Both the position numbers and the translations under genes were made by a program. A stretch of DNA of 64,000 nucleotides from Catajapyx aquilonaris (Eukaryota), in contig JYFJ02001014.1 of assembly GCA_000934665.2 (NCBI GenBank), positions 1-64,000 on the forward strand, read 5' to 3'. Below, one piece after another: positions 60,582 to 64,000 of the stretch. The notes beneath the pieces were generated by a model that was not told where the DNA came from, ran no database searches, and saw nothing but the letters and a program-made list of their open reading frames with translations. Within the stretch, counting starts at the first letter, position 1, and the number at the start of each line of letters is the position of its first letter.

Positions 60582-60942
60582 ATTCATCTCAATGTGCACA
60601 AATAAAATACCAGAGATCTGATAAATTCCCAGGAAATATATTTCATAAAATGGTTACAAATGTGATAACTTTCTCCCGTATAATGAAACACCCAATACAA
60701 ACATGTCAACCAAGTCACCCGTTTAAAAGATGCAAAATATCTTTACCATACTGAATATTATAATATTGTAAATATAGTCTTACTTCCATAGCTCAAAATC
60801 ACAGAAGGCTTATCAGGTTTGTTGAGGAAGTTCAGGTCATTTTGGCAATTCAATCGAGCAGTCCTTTTCAGCTCCTTCATAAGTTTGAGTTATGGTAGCT
60901 CAACCATGTAAATACTTGGATTATTATCATTTTGCTGCTGTT

Positions 60943-62686
60943 TTAAGAAGGTGTGAGTTTTAACTTGGGGTTAATCAGCTCCATCAAACTGACCAGTGAT
61001 GAAATGACTCCCAGAACCCCAATGGTACCTGCACTCAGCTTGGTATGTCCAAGCATGGTCAGAGGTACAGATATGTCGCACAAGTTCCTAACCGTGTCAA
61101 GCACCACTGCACGATGATTGCGCAAACATTGAGTTGCCACATATGTCACATCCTTGCATTTGACTGCCCCTTTGCCCTGCCTTTCCTCCTTGAAGATGCA
61201 GATGAACTCGTACATATCACGGACCAAGCTGAGCACCAGAGAGTAGAGCCAGTAGCGGCAAGAGGTCTGGGTCCATTTGGCTTCATCAATTTTGATGAAC
61301 TTTGCTTTGCCCAGCCACAACAGGTGGTCACCTAACAGGAACAGAGATGAAGAAATGCGGGATAGGGTCAGGGTCAGGCGAAGAATTGTGTCAGGATTGT
61401 GAATCGTCTGGAGGGAGCTGTAGAGGGCATCCACACAGCGGCCAAAGCGCATCACTGAAAGAAAGATAAGGAGTTGGTAATTAGTCTTCACACTTCCTTA
61501 CAGCTAAAATACTTTAACTACGAACTCTTGATTTGCATAAAAAATTAGTTCAATAGATACACAGTACATTATGATAGTGCAGGAGGGTATTTTTTCCAGC
61601 ATGCCAAGAACCAATTTAATGTCGCAAGTCCTGCTTGCACAAAAGTCCATGCAGCAAACAGATGAGATATAAGTCAAGCACATTTCACTCTATTGCTTGT
61701 TGTTGAAGTGTAAGTAGCACAAGGGAGATGGCCTTGATATCGATAAACACCTTCTGAGGAAAGTGCTCAGCACTCGATTCTATCTTATGGAATAGTACAT
61801 GAAAATACACTGCAACCTGTCATTCTTGAGAAATGAATGTCATCATGAAGAAACTGGCATCAAATATTTTGAATATAACTCTAACACGGCTCCTACTTTC
61901 AAGGAAAAGCATCGAATAGCAGTTTTAAAATTACATTAATACATCGTAACCTTCAGATATTTCTCCGGTTAATTTAAAGCCACATTTTAAATTAATTTGT
62001 GTCTCTTCAAGTATATGTAACATGTTATAGTACAACAATATTGATTTTTCTGCTGCGATAGCTCAGTAAGGACTCGTTTGTACTGTTTTTTTGTTTGCTT
62101 GAAAAGTGACAAAATCTTTAAATTTCTGTCAATATAATAAACAGCAATTTTCCTGTCACTTTTCAGCCAGAAGAGTTTTCTGGCTTCAGTGCTCCTGGCT
62201 CTAGGTAAAAAAGACAGGTATGATCCAAAATGGGGCTAGATGTATCAAACACATTCCTTGCATACTTTTCAGAGTATCAGAAGGTAAGTGAGTCAAGCTC
62301 CCTAAGGTCAACAGGTGCATTTCCTCCCTTTCACCGTTATCCTTGGTTCAACAACACACTATCAATCAGATGACATTTTTTTAAAAAAAAATCCCAACGC
62401 AACGAGGCCATTCACCCAAAAAATGGTTGCACTCACATCTCCTAAACATGCTGAGGATCCCGTCCAGACTCTTGAGCTTCTCCATGGTGTCCAGTCCCTT
62501 CTTCCTCTCCTCCAGCAGGTACCACACGGCCCGGCTCCCATACTGCACCAGTCTTCAACAAAAACCAAAGGAAAATTATGACAAAAATTGCATCATCCAA
62601 CAAATAGTCTTGTCCAGTTGTCCACCTTACCTTGCCACCTTGTCCCGTCCGGACGCGGAGCTGTTCAGCTTCACCCAGACCTCCAT
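60943..62686 (-). CDS. PEX11: Peroxisomal membrane protein 11
   Basis: Exons 62686-62631 (MEVWVKLNSSASGRDKVAR), 62552-62437 (LVQYGSR...LSMFRR) and 61454-60943 (LMRFGRCVDAL...GDHLLWL...WLYSLVLSLVRDMYE...NLCDISVPL...GVLGVISS). Typical PEX11 motifs. Confidence 0.93.
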
Positions 62687-63746
62687 TGTGAACGAACTGT
62701 CTCCAAGTGAAAGTACCTGATAAGGAAAGAGCCGTGCAAACAGGTTTTTATCTCGATCAAGGTGACGGCCACTCATTACATTTATCCACTGGACGGCGCC
62801 ATCTTGGAATCAGTGGAGCCAACACATTGCAGCTTCGAACGTGCCACTAATTCTGTACAGTTAACCAGTTATGAACACTAAATCATATTTACATATTGAT
62901 ATTATGGCTTTATAGTTGTTAATCTGTGTGTTATTAATAGTGTGTGGGACGTGTGGGGGTTGCGTTGGCAGTCCTGAATTGTCAGCTGAGAGACGCCATC
63001 TTGAATATTCGGGATTGCCAACCTGCACTGTCAATCACACGAGGTGCTTAAAACTTTTTAATTTTAAAGCCCGAGATGCCCCCGTCTGGGGCGAATAAGT
63101 CGGGCTGAATTGTTCCATGTAAGGCACGGGTTTTGTGGGAGCATGTCGGAGGGCTGAAGGAGAGACGGGGAAGGAAGGAAAAGGGGTTGGAGTCACCAGC
63201 TGTGTGTCCTCCTTCACATGTTAGGTGAGTTAATTGCCCTTTTTGTTTTGTTTATTAATTACCTGGCTAATTGAGGTGTGTCGAAGCACGTGTGCTGGGT
63301 GGTGATTAGTGCAGGGAGGCCTGCAGGGTTGAGGGGCTGGGTGTGTACACAGCTGTCACCAGCACGGCAAGGTGTGCACACTTTCACTGTGCATGCTGGT
63401 ATGAATAAGTTATGAAGCAGTTGCAGGAATTTGTTGTGAACAAGTGTTCAGTACAGTACAGCTGCATAAGCTGCAAGAATCAGTAACGTTCGATAAAACA
63501 TTTGCTGAAGAATCGTTGGTTAATATTTATGTTACGCATTAACATACAATGACTGAAGAATATATGACAATGATTAGAATAAGCAGACAATAAAAGTTGA
63601 CATAAAGGGATAGCGGAATGGGGATTAAATAATTATTCATGTTGACAAATACAAAATCTTGGCACCATGTCCGGGTGGGAAAAGGTTTAAATTGCATTAT
63701 GGAGCCAATAAGCATCTTGTCAATTGTACTTATTAATTATTATCAA

Positions 63747-63971
63747 CTAGCTGCAGCACCCGGCGTTGCCCGGGAAGAAATTAATGAAGGCAAAACACCT
63801 ACCTGTAGCCCCGTCAAAATTTTCCCGCACAGAGAGCCACTTTAAAAAGGCCAGGTCGGAAGGACGGAAGAGGTTGGAGGTGTAGGAAGCGGACCACAGA
63901 TGGTAGGCAAATGACATTTGGCGTTACAGGTGGACAGACAGACAGATCACAAACGGCTTTATTTATACAGA
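63747..63971 (-). mobile_element. Short non-autonomous Helitron-like element
   Basis: On the minus strand it begins A|TC, contains a (CTGT)n microsatellite, and ends with a GC hairpin (CCCGG-N6-CCGGG, 63759-63774) followed by CTAG|T. This is the canonical Helitron end arrangement. Confidence 0.7.
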
Positions 63972-64000
63972 TTAAATAAGCATCTTGTAAGATATGCTGC

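Overview
Gene-dense window of an intron-containing eukaryotic genome, most likely an arthropod (an inference; the species cannot be identified from sequence alone). There is no prokaryotic content: no CRISPR array, rRNA or tRNA was seen. Manually spliced gene models, left to right: MRG15/MORF4L1 (-, runs off the left edge; its introns hold a decayed gag-like retroelement ORF, mariner remnants, MITEs and long hairpins) head-to-head with NDUFS4 (+); NBAS (-) head-to-head with a THAP/P-element-derived gene (+); an intact ORF fusing a Ty3/gypsy aspartic protease directly to an integrase C-terminal SH3-like domain; a small secreted 6-Cys peptide precursor; a monofunctional PAL (+) tail-to-tail with a full bifunctional membrane PAM (-); CPLANE2/RSG1 (+); a tandem cluster of six compact, highly divergent Cys-loop ligand-gated ion channel (LGIC) genes (three -, three +; 40.5-60.6 kb) plus one truncated fragment; and PEX11 (-). 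The best candidate for an undescribed system is the Cys-loop cluster. It keeps the GABA/glycine-type scaffold, but the M2 pores are non-canonical (no PAR motif, bulky or oppositely charged 2' residues, no 6' Thr) and the M3-M4 loops are very short. A recent duplicate pair has amino-acid changes concentrated in the ligand-binding domain. This suggests a rapidly evolving, possibly sensory or heteromeric receptor family. Exon coordinates were read by hand and may be off by a few bases.
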